Source of the DNA: the human T2T-CHM13v2.0 reference genome, Homo sapiens
Strand: one strand, 5' to 3'
Assembly: GCF_009914755.1 (NCBI RefSeq)
Contig: NC_060931.1
Length of the DNA: 64,000 bases
The notes beneath the pieces are model-generated. The model ran no database searches, was not told where the DNA came from, and worked only from the letters and a program-made list of their open reading frames with translations. A program made the position numbers and the translations under genes. Numbering within the stretch: position 1 is the first letter of the stretch; every line of letters starts with the position of its first letter. Below, in pieces: positions 15,090 through 28,779 of this stretch.

Positions 15090-15320
15090 TAATTTATTAA
15101 CTATTTATTGGGCACCTGCTTGAGTCAAGCACTCTTCCTGGGACTGAGGACAGATTTGTGAATGAAACTGACCATGTCCCTGACCTCATGCAACGTGAAT
15201 TCTGGTAGGAAGACATATGAATAAATAAAGATACAGTTATACCAGTATAAGAATAAATAGAAGGCAGAATAAAAATGTAAATTGTAATGAGGGTAATATT
15301 TCAGTTAGATGGTCAGTTTA
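15090..15320 (-). mobile_element. L2 3' fragment
   Basis: TATTTATTGGGCACCTGCTTGAGTCAAGCACT...CATGTCCCTGACCTCATG resembles reverse L2 3' end. Confidence 0.6.
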
Positions 15321-16539
15321 AATTGAATGATCATATTTTTCTGGATTTCTGAATTTACCTTCTCACTTAAGCCTTTGGCTTGCCTGTCTTATTAGGTGCC
15401 AAGTTCCACATATTTGGTCTAGAATTTTCTATTGTTTCCTTTTGACTCTCCTTTGGCTAGGGCCACCTTTAGCTATAAGACAAACCCCCATCACATCTAT
15501 TTTGAGCTGTCTTCAGAACACCATATATCTAAATGGAAGGGGAAGGGGCTCCAATGATGAAGTATATAGTGGCAACCCGTTTGTGGATTTACCCAGTACC
15601 TCTTCTCTTTTTCTGAGACCTCCACTTCTCTTGTAGGGACAATCTTTACATTGCATTTAAGTATGGCTTCTCTTAAGAATTGACACCATTCTATCTAATC
15701 CCTGTGCCAGTCACAGAGTGGGGCAATTATACAAGCTAAGATAATCACAGTAATCTATCTTTCTGATTACAGTGATTATATGAAGATGGGCATTTAGCTC
15801 AAACTAGGCCAGAATTCTTGTTCAGGATTTTAAAAGTAGAACAAGTAGATAAGAATGTCTTTTTTCTCTGATCACAGAGTCCTAGGGTGTTATGTTATTA
15901 AAGTTATTCAGAAAACAGAATCCATTCTAGGTATTCCTGTTGTTATGGGGTTTTAATATGGAGAGCTAGGAGTTTACACTTATTGGAAGAGCTGAGGAGT
16001 TAAGGTTGGAGAAACCAGCACTGTCTTTTTCCACTGTGGAACTGCAGCTCTTCCAGAATTAGGGATAGTCTCTAGGAATTTCCCACCAATTGCTGCAGTC
16101 TGCTGCAGTTAAGTGGCAAATCAGGGTGCTGATGTGAGTCTTACTATGTTCATCTGTGCTCTTTCTCTCCCACCTTCCAAATTTTGAGTGCTTCTCATTC
16201 CAAAGTTAACGCCCATACTATACAACAAAGGAGATTCTTGGAAATGTATTTCCTAGTTTTTCTTCTGTGTTACAGAGTCCTCAGAAGGGAAGATAGTGTT
16301 AATGTAGAATTGATAACACAGAATGCACCACTGCTGTGATCCTTATATCTTGGCTGGCCATTACCCCTCCACTTGGAAATGAAAAAGATAAACTAATTGA
16401 AGCAGTGAGAAGAGAAAAAGGGAGAGGAAGGTAAGACAGAGACGGGGAGGGAGAAACCCAAGTGTATATATTTAATCAGGAAATAGTTTCTATTATTTTA
16501 GGAGGGATGGCTAAGTCTTTAGAGTTTATTTTAATGTAT

Positions 16540-17170
<631 letters not shown>

Positions 17171-17796
17171 TCATATGGTAATTTCTTAAAGGAAAACTTC
17201 TCATATGGGAAAGGAAAATATGTAATAACAAAAATTAATTTCCTGCAATCTTCCAAAGGAGAATAATATATTTTAAAAGTATAAATTTTAAAGTTCTATT
17301 TTTAAAACACCTCAGCAAGAGAAATATTGTATATAGTCATACACACATGTATAATTAAGACCATATCAGAAAACCTATACATAAGATTCTCTCATTAATC
17401 CTTCATTATTATTTATTTGACCTTAATTTTCACATTCTAAATTTTAGTTCCTTAATAACTAGTAGCGAATCTATGATAGAAAATTGTCTGGAAGATCTAA
17501 TGACCTAATGGCAATGATAGCCTAGAGAGAGAAATTTTTTCTTTCACTGTAAGTATTTATTGCATTCAATACACCCAAAGGTGAATATGTTTGAACACAC
17601 AGAACATTTTTGTATTCAATAAATATGTATTTCAACAAACAGCCCAATAAAACAGTTTTCCAAAAGCTTTCTACACAAAGTCTTAATTTCATTAAAGGAA
17701 CATCTTTGTGTTTAAACCACTCAAGGCAATGTTACCAATATAGAGGATTTTGACTTTTTAAGTTGATATAAAACTTAATTTGGCGGCAAGTTTTTT

Positions 17797-18207
17797 TAAT
17801 ATAATTTGGATATTCGTCCCTGCCCAAATCTCATGTTGAAATGTAATCCCTAGCCAGTGTTGGAGGTGAGGCTTGGTGGGAGGTGTTTGAATTATGGGGG
17901 TGGATCCCTCATGCATGGCTTGGGCCTTCCCCTTGGTGCTAAGTGAAATCTAGCTCATTTAAAAGTGTGTGGCACCTCCCCCACCACTCTCTCTCTCTCT
18001 TGCTCCTGCTTTTGCTATGTGATGTGCCAGGTTCCTCTTTGCCTTCAACCATGAGTAACAGCTCCCTGAGGCCTCCCCAGAAGCTGAGTAATGCTGGTGC
18101 CATTCTTACACAGCCTGCAGAACCGTGAGCCAATTAAACCTCTTTTCTTTATAAATTGCCCAGTATCAAGTATTTCTTTACAACAATGCAAGAACAGCCT
18201 AACTACA
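17797..18207 (+). mobile_element. MSTB solo LTR
   Basis: TTTGGATATTCGTCCCTGCCCAAATCTCATGTTGAAATGTAATCCC...CAGCCTGCAGAACCGTGAGCCAATTAAACCTC...CTAACTACA. Confidence 0.92.
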
Positions 18208-21200
18208 GTGCACATGGAGAATTTATTGCAAACTATGTGGTATACAGACTATTTTTGTTTTTGTCACTCAGTGACATTCAATCATCTCTTAAATCATCCA
18301 CAGACAAGAAATTGTGGCGGTAGTCAATGATCGTAATTAAAAGCAAGGATCCTACTTTCAGGACAGTGGCATCAAGTATACCACTTTGAAAGTGATTTTT
18401 TTTGGTTTGAGATTTTTGTAATGATTGCATGTTTACATCCTAAAATTATTCCATATGGCTTGTAGGAAACAAACATGCCATTTAGGTCTGCTGTAGCCTT
18501 ATTTAAAGGTTTCCCTCTCAACACTACAGTATATAGCAAAGAAAAAAACCAGACCACTAACAGAACATCTCACTATCTGTTGATATTCAGAGGAGCAAAG
18601 CTTGAAAAGGGTTTTGAAAAGGATGTTAGAAAGCAAGAATTTCTAGAACATATGATGACTAACCTATATAGTTGAGTGCTTATAAATCACCTAAATGTAT
18701 ACTGAAGTGTTTAGAGAGATTGACTTCTATTTAACTTCTTGTTAAGAATTATCTAAATCAAAGATCAAGCTGTAAGATGATGACAAATTTATCTACTAGT
18801 GAATCTTATTTATATAGCAGAGCAATAGCACATTTAAGAACTTGTAAATTTAGATTCTCCTCAGATGTGAAGACGTTAACACTACGCTATGATTCAACAA
18901 TTAGCACATTACAAATATGTTACTTTTCAGATATTTGGATGCAATAATATTTTTGACATTTGAACACTAGTAAATTTTTGTCATAAAGTACTTATTTCAG
19001 AATAATTTAAATTTTAAAAATGTGGTACTCTCACTTCTGCTTTTTTTTTCTCCTTTTGTGGACAAAAACACAAAATATGAATTGATTTATGTTTAAAAGT
19101 TGAAAATAAATAACACCTACGTAGGTGCTAATCAGCAGGTTTTGCTTTCTACTTCTTGTGAATAAGAAAAGAGAGCTTTAACTCAGTACTCGCACATCTT
19201 CAGGTTTTTGAATTATTCACTGGGCTAGAGCTTCATGCTCTGGCTGAGCTGACATTTCAGGTAAGCTTCTCAAGGGAAGTGTGCTTCCTAGAGACAAGGA
19301 GATTTATATAAGCACACGACAATAAAGCATGAGTAAGTACAACCTAGGCAACTCATGTGTGGGTGCCATTCATTTGAGTTAAACAGTTACTAAAAGTATT
19401 TACTGCCTTGTGAATAGAAAACAAGACACTTGAGTTGGATGAAAATATCATCTGTCTGAATATCATAAACAGAATTTGAAGCTACATGGGCTAACAAGTC
19501 TGTCCTGAACTGAGTTTCTGGGTGGAAGAGTCTAATTGAAACAATTGTTGACTTTTTATTAGGTAATGAATATATTTGTTTTTAAGCTTAGATTTCAATT
19601 TGTTATATGGTTTGCTTAATAAAGTCCCAAATATTTTTATAATATAAACTACCTCTTTCAAAAAAGAAATAGATTTAAAAAATTAAAAAACCAAAGGGAT
19701 TTAACTTGTAGTGCTAAGCTGAGAAATTATTTTTCTATTATGTTTAAGATAATATAATTTATTAAAATTTGATTTGGATATATTTTTTCAGGAATAAAAC
19801 TCATATATGAAGCAAGATACTGAAAGAATATAATGTAGACATCAATCTAAATAAATGGAAAAAGTTTAAAAATTATTTCTTTGTATTAACATATGATCAA
19901 AATTGACAGTTTGACATAGCCAAAGAATTAACCAACTCAATTACTAATCAGTGAAATAGACAAATTGTTCTCAGATACAGTCTGAAATCTATTAATAAAT
20001 TCTGTGGTCATAAGTTATCACATACTTTCCATATGAATTTTCAAGCTCCAAATCAATGAGTAAGATTATCACACCATGTTTGTGACAATTAACAATTTAA
20101 AATGGAGAATAAGATAACAATATAGGCTTGATTAAAAGGGCTTAGCCATAGATATTATGAAAACAGGCAATGTGTGACTGCTTTAAAGCAACATACATAT
20201 GTCTGAGGATTCTCAGCAGGGATTACGCCTGGGTTTAGCACCATTTTCAAGTATTTCAGCAAAATAACATTGGAGTGAATGGAATAATAACTTGTGTTTT
20301 AGGAATAAAATAGTTACCTTATTGCATAATATTGCTTCCCTTCAGTGCTTGTTATCATAGGGGAAAAAAACAAAAACAAAAACAAAATTTGGGCTTTGGC
20401 CCAATTCCAAATCCATTTTTTGCTGAAACAAAGATACTTTGTTATGGAATGGATTTTAGTATGTTGACAAAACAAGCAAACAAAAATCTAGAACAGTATC
20501 ATCTCTGGTCACATAGCAAGTCTCAACAAATCACAGACATGAGCAATATCACTAAATAATGCAAATTTTCTTTAACACAAGTTATCATGGAAAGGGGCAG
20601 CTCAGGAACAGAGTGAAAAGATAAAAATTAAATCCTAGAAAAATGTACATGTGCTGCTCTGAGATGCAGAGTAAAGAGCTGAAATTATTTCCCAATATTT
20701 TGACTTCACCTGACAAAACCATCTAGCCAAAAACAGAGAATTAGAGGGTGAAAGAGAGAGACAATTCATTGTAATATTCTGTTCACTACTAAGAGTCAAA
20801 AGTGAAAACAGCAATTTTAGTCTCCTGTAACTTTGAGGAGTAGTATACTAGTATACTTTATTTTTCTCTATATAATAGATTCTCTGCATGCACTGAACAA
20901 TTCCATTAGAAAAATGTTAAAAATAAATGGTATAAATTGCATATTATTATTATTCCTGTATTTATGCTAACAGAGTTGTTATTGAGTATGGATTTTTTTG
21001 GTCTGTGACTGTAATCCTCTATGATTTCTTTCTTTTTGACAAGAGGCCAAGGACAATTTGATGCCACCATTTCTTCTGGATCAGTTACCATTAGTGACCT
21101 ATAAATATGGTGAAATAAGTTACTATTACCCTGAGGCAGCAAGGATTTTAGGACTCAGACTCCGTCTTTCTGCCCTTCGTCCTATCTCACCTTAATGGAA

Positions 21201-22362
21201 CGGAATGCCTCAGTACATTTTGTGACAACCTATATAGCTTGATGGGTTAGTTTGCTCACTGGGTAATACAGTTACAATAATTTATACCTCATATTGTCCT
21301 ACAAATGCCCTGGCTCTGGGCTCCACTCTACTTAATACTTCTTCACAGAAACTTTCAAGGCCAAAATGTATCTTAAGATATTCATAAGCAACCCTTACCA
21401 AAAATGATTGTACAAATATTCATTTGGGGTGAGGGATTATCTAGGTTTCTTTTTTTTTTTTTTTTACCTTTTCAAAAAAAATTGTCTCATTGTGATTGCA
21501 GTGAAGTTAAAAGTTGTTATCCAGTTGGTGCTAGCTATCACAATGAAAAGATTTTATTTTGGATCTGGATCATTTCCATTCCAATAAATAAATCAACAAG
21601 CACATTTTCGTGTCTCTGTCTTTTTAAGTGTGCAAGCCACAATTTTGCTAGGGTTGCTTAGCAACCACAAAGTAGTGAGCTAGCAGGATTGAAGAGTGCA
21701 ATAAAATAAGCAGTTATATTTATGTACTTACATTGAGAGGGATCATGTTGGTATGGTCAGCCTACAGGCCTATGAAATTTACAGCATTCATTGTTAAAAT
21801 TGTGGGCCAGTTTTACAATAGTTATCTTTAGTCATCAAGTCCAATTGCATTACAGTGCTGAGGAATACCATCTGCTGGTTTCTTACGTAGTTATTCACTA
21901 TATTACCACTCAGGCTTTGTAAAGATTTCAATGAGCAGTTTACTCTTAAAATAGATGGTATATAAGAAAGATTTAAGTAGAGTTCCCAAGCATCCTTTTT
22001 CAACATTTTAAAACTTACGGCAGGATTTGGTTTGTTTTTCTTCCTTCTGTTTGTTTCATGAATTCTATCTTAATGGTTTAAGTGGAAAACACTTAGTGAA
22101 TGTAATATGTTTTAAGAGACACAACTGAAATTTTTGTCTATATAAAGTCAAAGGAATAAAATATCCAGCTCACTTACAGTAGCAAGTATGCTACAAATAT
22201 ATGCTAATTGAATAGCTATAAGTTTAATTACTTTTGATCAGAAAATTCTCCCTTATTTACATTAAGGAATACACATTGAAAGCTTTAGAAGAACATGGTC
22301 TAAATGCTATAAATGGGTCTGCTTTCTGGGCCACTAAGAAAGCCATTTATTCAATCATCTTT

Positions 22363-25088
22363 CTTTTTAAATTATACTTTAAGGTCTGGGATACACGTGC
22401 AGGACATGCAGGTTTTATTACATAGGTATACATGTGCCATGGTGGTTGCTGAACCTATCAACCCATCATCTACATTAGGTATTTCTCCTAATGCTATTCC
22501 TCCCCTTCCCCCTAACCCCCGACAGGCCCCAGTGGGTGATGTTCCCCTCCCTGTGCCCATATGTTCTCATTGTTCAACTCCCACTTATGAGTGATAACAT
22601 ACGGTGTTTGGTTCTCTGTTCCTGTGTTAGTTTGGTGAGAATGATGGTTTCCAGCTCCATCCGTGTCCCTACAAAGGACATGAACTCATTCTTTTTTATG
22701 GCTGCATAGTATTCCATGGTGTATATGTGCCACATTTTCTTTATCCAGTCTATGATTGCTGGGCATCTGGGTTGGTTCCAAGTCTTTGCCATTGTGAATA
22801 GTGCTGCAATAGACATATCTGTGCATGTGTCTTTATAGTAGAATGATTTATAATCCTTTGGGTATATACCCAATAATGGGATTGCTGGGGCAAATGATAT
22901 TTCTGGTTCTAGATCCTTGAGGAATCACCACACTGTCTTCCACCATGGTTGAACTAATTTACACTCCCACCAAGAGTATAAAAGCGTTCTTATTTCTCCA
23001 CATCCTCTCCAGCATCTGTTGTTTCCTGACTTTTTAATGATTACCATTCTAACTGGCGTAAGATGGTATCTCATTGTGGTTTTGATTTACATTTCTCTAA
23101 TGACCAGTGATGATGAGCTTTTTTTCATATGTTTGTTGGCCACAGAAATGTCTTCTTTGAGAAGTGTCTGTTCATATCCTTCACCCACTTTCTGATGGGG
23201 TTGTTTTTTTACTTGTAAATTTGTTTAAGTTCCTTGTAGATTCTGGATATTAGCCCTTTGTCAGATGTAGATAGATTGTAAAAATTTTCTCCCATTCTAT
23301 AGGTTGCCTGTTCACTCTGAGGATAGTTTCTTTTACTGTGCAGAAGCTTTTTAGTTTAATTAGATCCCAGTTGTTAATTTTGACTTTTGTTGCCATTGCT
23401 TTTGTTGTTTTAGTCATGAAGTCTTTGCCCATGCCTATGTCCTGAATGGTATTGCCTAGGTTTTCTTCTAGGGTTTTTATGGCTTTAGGTCTTACGTTTA
23501 AGTCTTTAATCCATCTTGACTTAATTTTTGTATAAGGTGTAAGGAAGGGTCCAGTTTCAGTTTTATGCATTTGACTAACCAGTTTTCCAAACATCATTTA
23601 TTAAATAGGGAATCCTTTCCCCATTGCTTGTCTTTGTCAGGTTTGTCAAAGATCAGATGGTTGTAGATGTGTGGTGTTATTTCTGAGGCCTCTGTTCTGT
23701 TCCATTGGTCTATATATCTGTTTTGGTACCAGTACTATGCTGTTTTGGTTACTATAGCCTTGTAGTATAGTTTGAAGTTAGGTAGTGTGATGCCTCCAGC
23801 TTTGTTCTTTTTGCTTAGGATGGTCTTGGCTATACGGGCTCTTTTTTGGTTCCATATGAAATTTAAAGTAGTTTTTTCTAATTCTTTGAAGAACGTCAGT
23901 GGTAGCTTGGGGAATAGCACTGAATCTATAAATTACTTTAGGCAGTATGGGCCTTTCACGATATTGATTTTTCCCATCCATGAGCATGGAATGTTTTTCC
24001 ATTTGTTTGTGTCCTCTCTTATTTCCTTGAGCAGTAGGTTTGTAGTTCTCCTTGAAGAGGTCCTTCACATCCCTTGTAAGGTGTATTCCAAGGTATTTTA
24101 CTCACTTTGTAGCAATTGTGAATGGGCGTTCATGCATGATTTAGCTCTCTGTTTGTCTATTATTGGTGTATAGGAATGCTTGTGATTTTTGCACATTGAT
24201 TTTGTATCCTGAGATTTTGCTGAAGTTGCTTCTCAGCTTAAGGAGTTTTTGGGCTGAGACGATCGGGTTTTCTAAATATACAATCATGTCATCTGCAAAC
24301 CGAGATAATTTGACTTCCTTGTTTCCTATTTGAATACCCTTTATATCTTTTTCTTGCCTGATTGCCCTGGGCAGAACTTCCAATACTATGTTGAATAGTC
24401 GTGGTGACAGAAGGCATCCTTGTCTTATATTGATTTTCAAAGGGAATGCTTCCAGCATTTCGCCCCTCCCCCCACAAAGCTTTTGCGTCCCAGGTCAATT
24501 TCAGACTGCTGTGCTGGCAGCAAGAATTTCAAGCCAGTGGATCTTAGCTTGCTGGGCTCCGTGAGAGTGGGATCCGCTGAGCTAGACACTTGGCTCCCTG
24601 GCTTCAGCCCTTTTTCCAGGGGAGTGAACGGTTCTGTCTCGCTGCCGTTCCAGGTGTCACTGGGGTATGAAAAAAAAAACTCCTGCATCCAGTTTGGTGT
24701 CTACCCAAACGGCCACCCAGTTTTGTGCTTGAAATCAAGGGCCCTTGTGGTATAGGCACCCGAGGGAATCTCCCGGTCTGTGGGTGGTGAAGACCATGCG
24801 AAAAGTGTAGTATCCGGGCCGGAATGCTCCGTTCCTCATGGCACAGTCCCTCATGGCTTCCCTTGGCTAGGGGAGGTAGTTCCCCGACCGCTTTCGCTTC
24901 CCAGGTGAGGTGACACCCCAGCCTGCTTCTGCTCGCCCTCCATGGGATGCACCCACTGTATAACCAGTCCCAGTGAGATGAACCGGTACCTCAGTTGGAG
25001 ATGCAGAAATCACCGGCCTTCTGCGTTGGTCTCGCTGGGTGCTGTACACTGGAGCTGTTCCTATTTGGCCATCTTGCCCAGGAGCCTC
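22363..25088 (-). mobile_element. L1PA7-like element with large internal deletion (5'UTR 24461-25088 fused to distal ORF2/3'UTR 22363-24460)
   Basis: 5' terminus with CAAGATGGCC (YY1 site); ORF2 fragments 24141-24458 ([14 protein letters not shown] motif), 23250-23597, 22574-22873; TSD TCAATCATC(T/G)TT at 22351-22362 and 25089-25100. Confidence 0.95.
24461..25088 (-). promoter_or_regulatory. L1 5'UTR internal promoter region (sense promoter on minus; antisense promoter directed to plus)
   Basis: CpG-dense (about 20+ CpGs in 628 bp against an AT-rich background); YY1 motif; plus-strand donors CAG|GTGAGG (24904/5) and CCG|GTACCT (24985/6). Activity not shown. Confidence 0.6.
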
Positions 25089-25587
25089 TCAATCATCGTT
25101 TAGAAGCTTATTATTTGTTATTATACACTGACCTGATCATTAAGGGAAGAAAAAAAGTGTTTTTTTTTTTTGCCATCCGGAAAGTCACAATATAGTGAAA
25201 GTGCTAATATTGATACATTTTAAACAGGTGCTATTGTGGAGGTGCATACCCAACAGTTTGATAATGTAGAGGAAGTGATAGCTTTGTCTCGTGGAATCTG
25301 GGTCGACCTCACAGAGGAGCTGTTATTTGTTCTGGATATTGAACAGTGACAAGGATTCAGTGGGAGAGAAAGAGGCGAGGGTAAGTAACTCAATGACACT
25401 GAGTGCATTTTCCTGTGGATGGGTAATGGGGAGCTGGGCTCAGAAGCAGGCACATTCAGGGGACAACCACTCTGCCCCAGCTGTCTGGAAGTGATACTGG
25501 GTCATGTGGAATTGGAAGACATACCACCATAGAGGTAAATTTAGTCCAGCTGGTTTTGCAAAGAAATTTATTCTGGAAAATTTAGAG

Positions 25588-25991
25588 TGTTTTAGGCCAT
25601 TTATGCATTTCTATTAAAAAAAACCTGAGATTGGGTAACTTATAAAGAAAAGAGGTTTAATTGGCTCATGGTTCTGCAGGCTGTATAAGCATGTCACTGA
25701 CATCTTTCAGCTTCTGGGGAGGCCTCAGGGATCTTTTGACTTATGGCGGAAGATGAAGCAGGAACAGGCACATCACATGGCAAAAGCAGGAGCAAGAGAC
25801 AGAGAGTGGTGGGAGGGAAGTGCCATTTACCTTTAAATGACCAGATCTCAGGAGAACTCACTCACCATCTGGAGGACAGCACCAAACCATGAAGGATCCA
25901 CCCCCATGATCTAATTGCCTCCCACCAGGCCCCACAGGGCATTACATTTCAACATAAGATTTAAGTGGGAACAAATATCCCAGCTATTTCA
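25588..25991 (-). mobile_element. MSTB solo LTR
   Basis: TGTTTTAGGCCATT...GAGGTTTAATTGGCTCATGGTTCTGCAGGCTGTA...ACAAATATCCCAGCTATTTCA. Confidence 0.92.
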
Positions 25992-26458
25992 CAGAAACAG
26001 TCAACATAAATAATAGGTCTAAAGGGCCTAAGTTTTCTCTAGGCTTCTATCCAACTTGTGGGCTTTCCTGCAAGCCTTATTTGTGTATCACCAACTACAC
26101 AAATAGGCTGAATACTTACACAAAAGGATTTGTACTTCATACAATTTCTGAAATTCGATTTGCAAAGAATTTCCCATATTGGGTGCCAGACTTATTATTG
26201 CCACAGCTGTCATCAACTCCAGCAAGGAATCTTTCTAAAATCTATCAACTTCCACATCTCACATTTCCCCCTCCACAAGCTCCCCATGGCGTCTAGTTAA
26301 AAAAATATGTAGCTAATAGCATATTAGAAACTTAGTAAGATGTGAAAATCTTTTTTTTTCTTATTACAAATTTCTTGAACTGTTGTCAGAAAACAACATA
26401 TTTGGGTTTTCTGGGGGGTGTCAGTCATCTGATATCCCCCAAACAACATGTTGTTTGG

Positions 26459-26459
<1 letters not shown>

Positions 26460-26498
<39 letters not shown>

Positions 26499-26560
26499 AC
26501 ATATATATACACACACATACATACATATATACACACACACACACATATATATATATGTAT
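26460..26560. repeat. (TG)~17 microsatellite followed by compound (CA)/(TA) tract
   Basis: Directly visible. Confidence 0.97.
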
Positions 26561-27227
26561 CAGCCAACTTGGAAAGTCAGATTTAATTCTTCTGTGGTTA
26601 TTTGACTTTCCAGGTTTACTATTTCTCATGTCCCAGTAAAGTTTGGAAACAACATCACTATCACTGGGCACTGAGGATATATTCAGAGTAACATAGCTCT
26701 ACCAAACTGGATATGTGAACAATCAAATAGAAAAGATCCATGTAAGACAGAGAGTCATCTGAAAGCTATTGATATGGCAAAATGAAGCCAGGCAACTGCA
26801 AGCAATTGAGCAGAATAAAATCCATGACAAGAATACCGTGAAATATTTCACTACTTGACTCTGAGTGACACTACCATTTATTCCTGGGAAGTGACAGAAA
26901 CAGGTGAATCACCAAAAGATTCCTTTAAACAAATGTAACATGAAGCCGGAGTCAAGAAACAGAGCCATTAGCAGTACGACTGCAGCCACATGTGTTATTT
27001 TAGCCTCACTCCTGTACCACGGAAGCCCTTTTACCATCAATGGTAATTTTGTCAATTTGCTAGCAAAGGTCAAAAATAGAATATTGGCATAGCCTCATGA
27101 GTTCTAAAAGAGGAGCTTTAGGAAGAAAGCAGGTGGCTTTATACACTACTCTGAGTAATTCATGTTTCCCAGTTTGAATCCTACATCTGAGAAGGAAATG
27201 GATATGGCATCTGTTCTCTCATGTGTT

Positions 27228-28770
27228 TAATTTTTTATTAAACTTTTTTGGTTTGAGATAATTGTAGACTTACACTAATAAGAAATAATACAGAAATCTT
27301 ACCTATTTTTTACCCAGTTTCCCCCAAAGGTAACATCAAGCAATTCTGTAGTACAATATAACACTCAGGACACTGACATGGACACTATCAACAAAGAGCA
27401 TTTCTATCACCATAGGAGTCCTCCTGTTAACTTTTGATAGCCAAACCACCTTTCCCTCTGCCCCAGCCCCATTTTAACCCTTGACAATCACTAATATGTT
27501 TTCTAGTTTTATATTTTTGTCACTTCATGAATATTACATAAATGGAATCATACAGCATGTGTGGTTTTTCACTGATCATAATTATCTGAAGATTCATCCA
27601 GGTTGTTGAATGTATCAATAGTTCTATTCCATAGTATGAATGTACCATTGTTTGTGTAAGCATTGAAAGACATCTTAGTTTCTTCCAAGTTTTAGTAATT
27701 ATAAGTAAATCTGCTATAAACACTTGTGTACAGGGTATTGTGTGGACATACGTTTTCAACTCATTAGGGTAAGTGCCAAGGAGTGTGAATGTTAGATTGT
27801 ATGGTGTGAGTATGCTTGTTTTGTAAACTGTTTTTCAAATTGGCTGTGCCATTTTGCATTCCGACCAATGATGAACAGGAGCTCCTGTTGTTCTACATCC
27901 TTACCAGCATTTGATGTTGCCGGTGTTTTATCTTAGCCATTCTAATAGATGTGTAGTGGTATCTCATTGTTTTAATTTGCAATTCTCTAATTACATATAA
28001 TGTTGTGTGTCTTTTCATATGCTTATTTTCTATCTATATGCCTTCTTTGGTGAGATGTCTGTCCGGATGTTTTACTAATTTTTAACTGCGTTGTTTGTTT
28101 TCTTATAGCTGAGTTTTAAGAGTTCTTTGTGTATTTTGGTTATCAGTCCTTTATCAGATATGGGTTTTGCCAAGATTTTCTCACAATTTGTCATTTGACT
28201 TTTCATTCTAATACTGTCTTTCACAGAGCCATTTTTAATTTTAATGAAGTCCAACTTGAGAGTTTTATCTTTCATGATTATGCTTTCAGTGTTTTATCTA
28301 AAAAATCATCGCCAAACCCAAGGTCACCTACTGTTTTTCCTACGTTATTTTCTAGGAGTTTTATACTTTTCTGTCTTGCATGTAAGTCTCTGACCCATTT
28401 TGACCTAATTTTTTGAAAGGTGTAAGGCTGTGTCTCGATTCAGTTTTTTTGCATGTGAATATACAGTTTTTCCAGCACTATTTGTTAAAATGACTATCCT
28501 TTATCCACTGAATTTCATTTGCTCCTTTGTCAATAATCAGTTGTCTCATTAATCATGGAATAGATATCTCTATTCTTTCATGAACACCTCACTTACTTGA
28601 ACTGTAGCTTTATAGTAAGTCTTAGAGTCGTGTAGTGTCAGTACTATGATTTTGTTCATCTCCTTCAATATTGCATTGGCTATTCTTGCTTTTCCATATA
28701 AACTTCTGCTTTTCTCTATAAACTTTTGAATCAATTTATCAGTCTCTACAAACTCTCTTTTTAAACTGAT
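27228..28770 (-). mobile_element. L1MC-type LINE, 3'UTR and ORF2 end
   Basis: TTGAGATAATTGTAGACTTAC...CAGTTTCCCCCAAAGGTAACATC 3' end; ORFs 27520-27759, 28075-28275 and 28570-28929 resemble degenerate ORF2 (KTYYKATV, KLDFIKIKN). Confidence 0.85.
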
Positions 28771-28779
28771 TTCTTGGAT

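Noticed and set aside
15560-16330. Possible ancient ERVL-type LTR fragments
   Set aside because: Too diverged to support a call without alignment
24440-24480. L1 junction as a spliced-RNA retrotransposition product
   Set aside because: No AG acceptor fits the ORF2 side of the join; shared GGGC microhomology explains it better
26324-26671. Four overlapping ORFs
   Set aside because: Stop-free frames caused by (TG)n/(CA)n repeats
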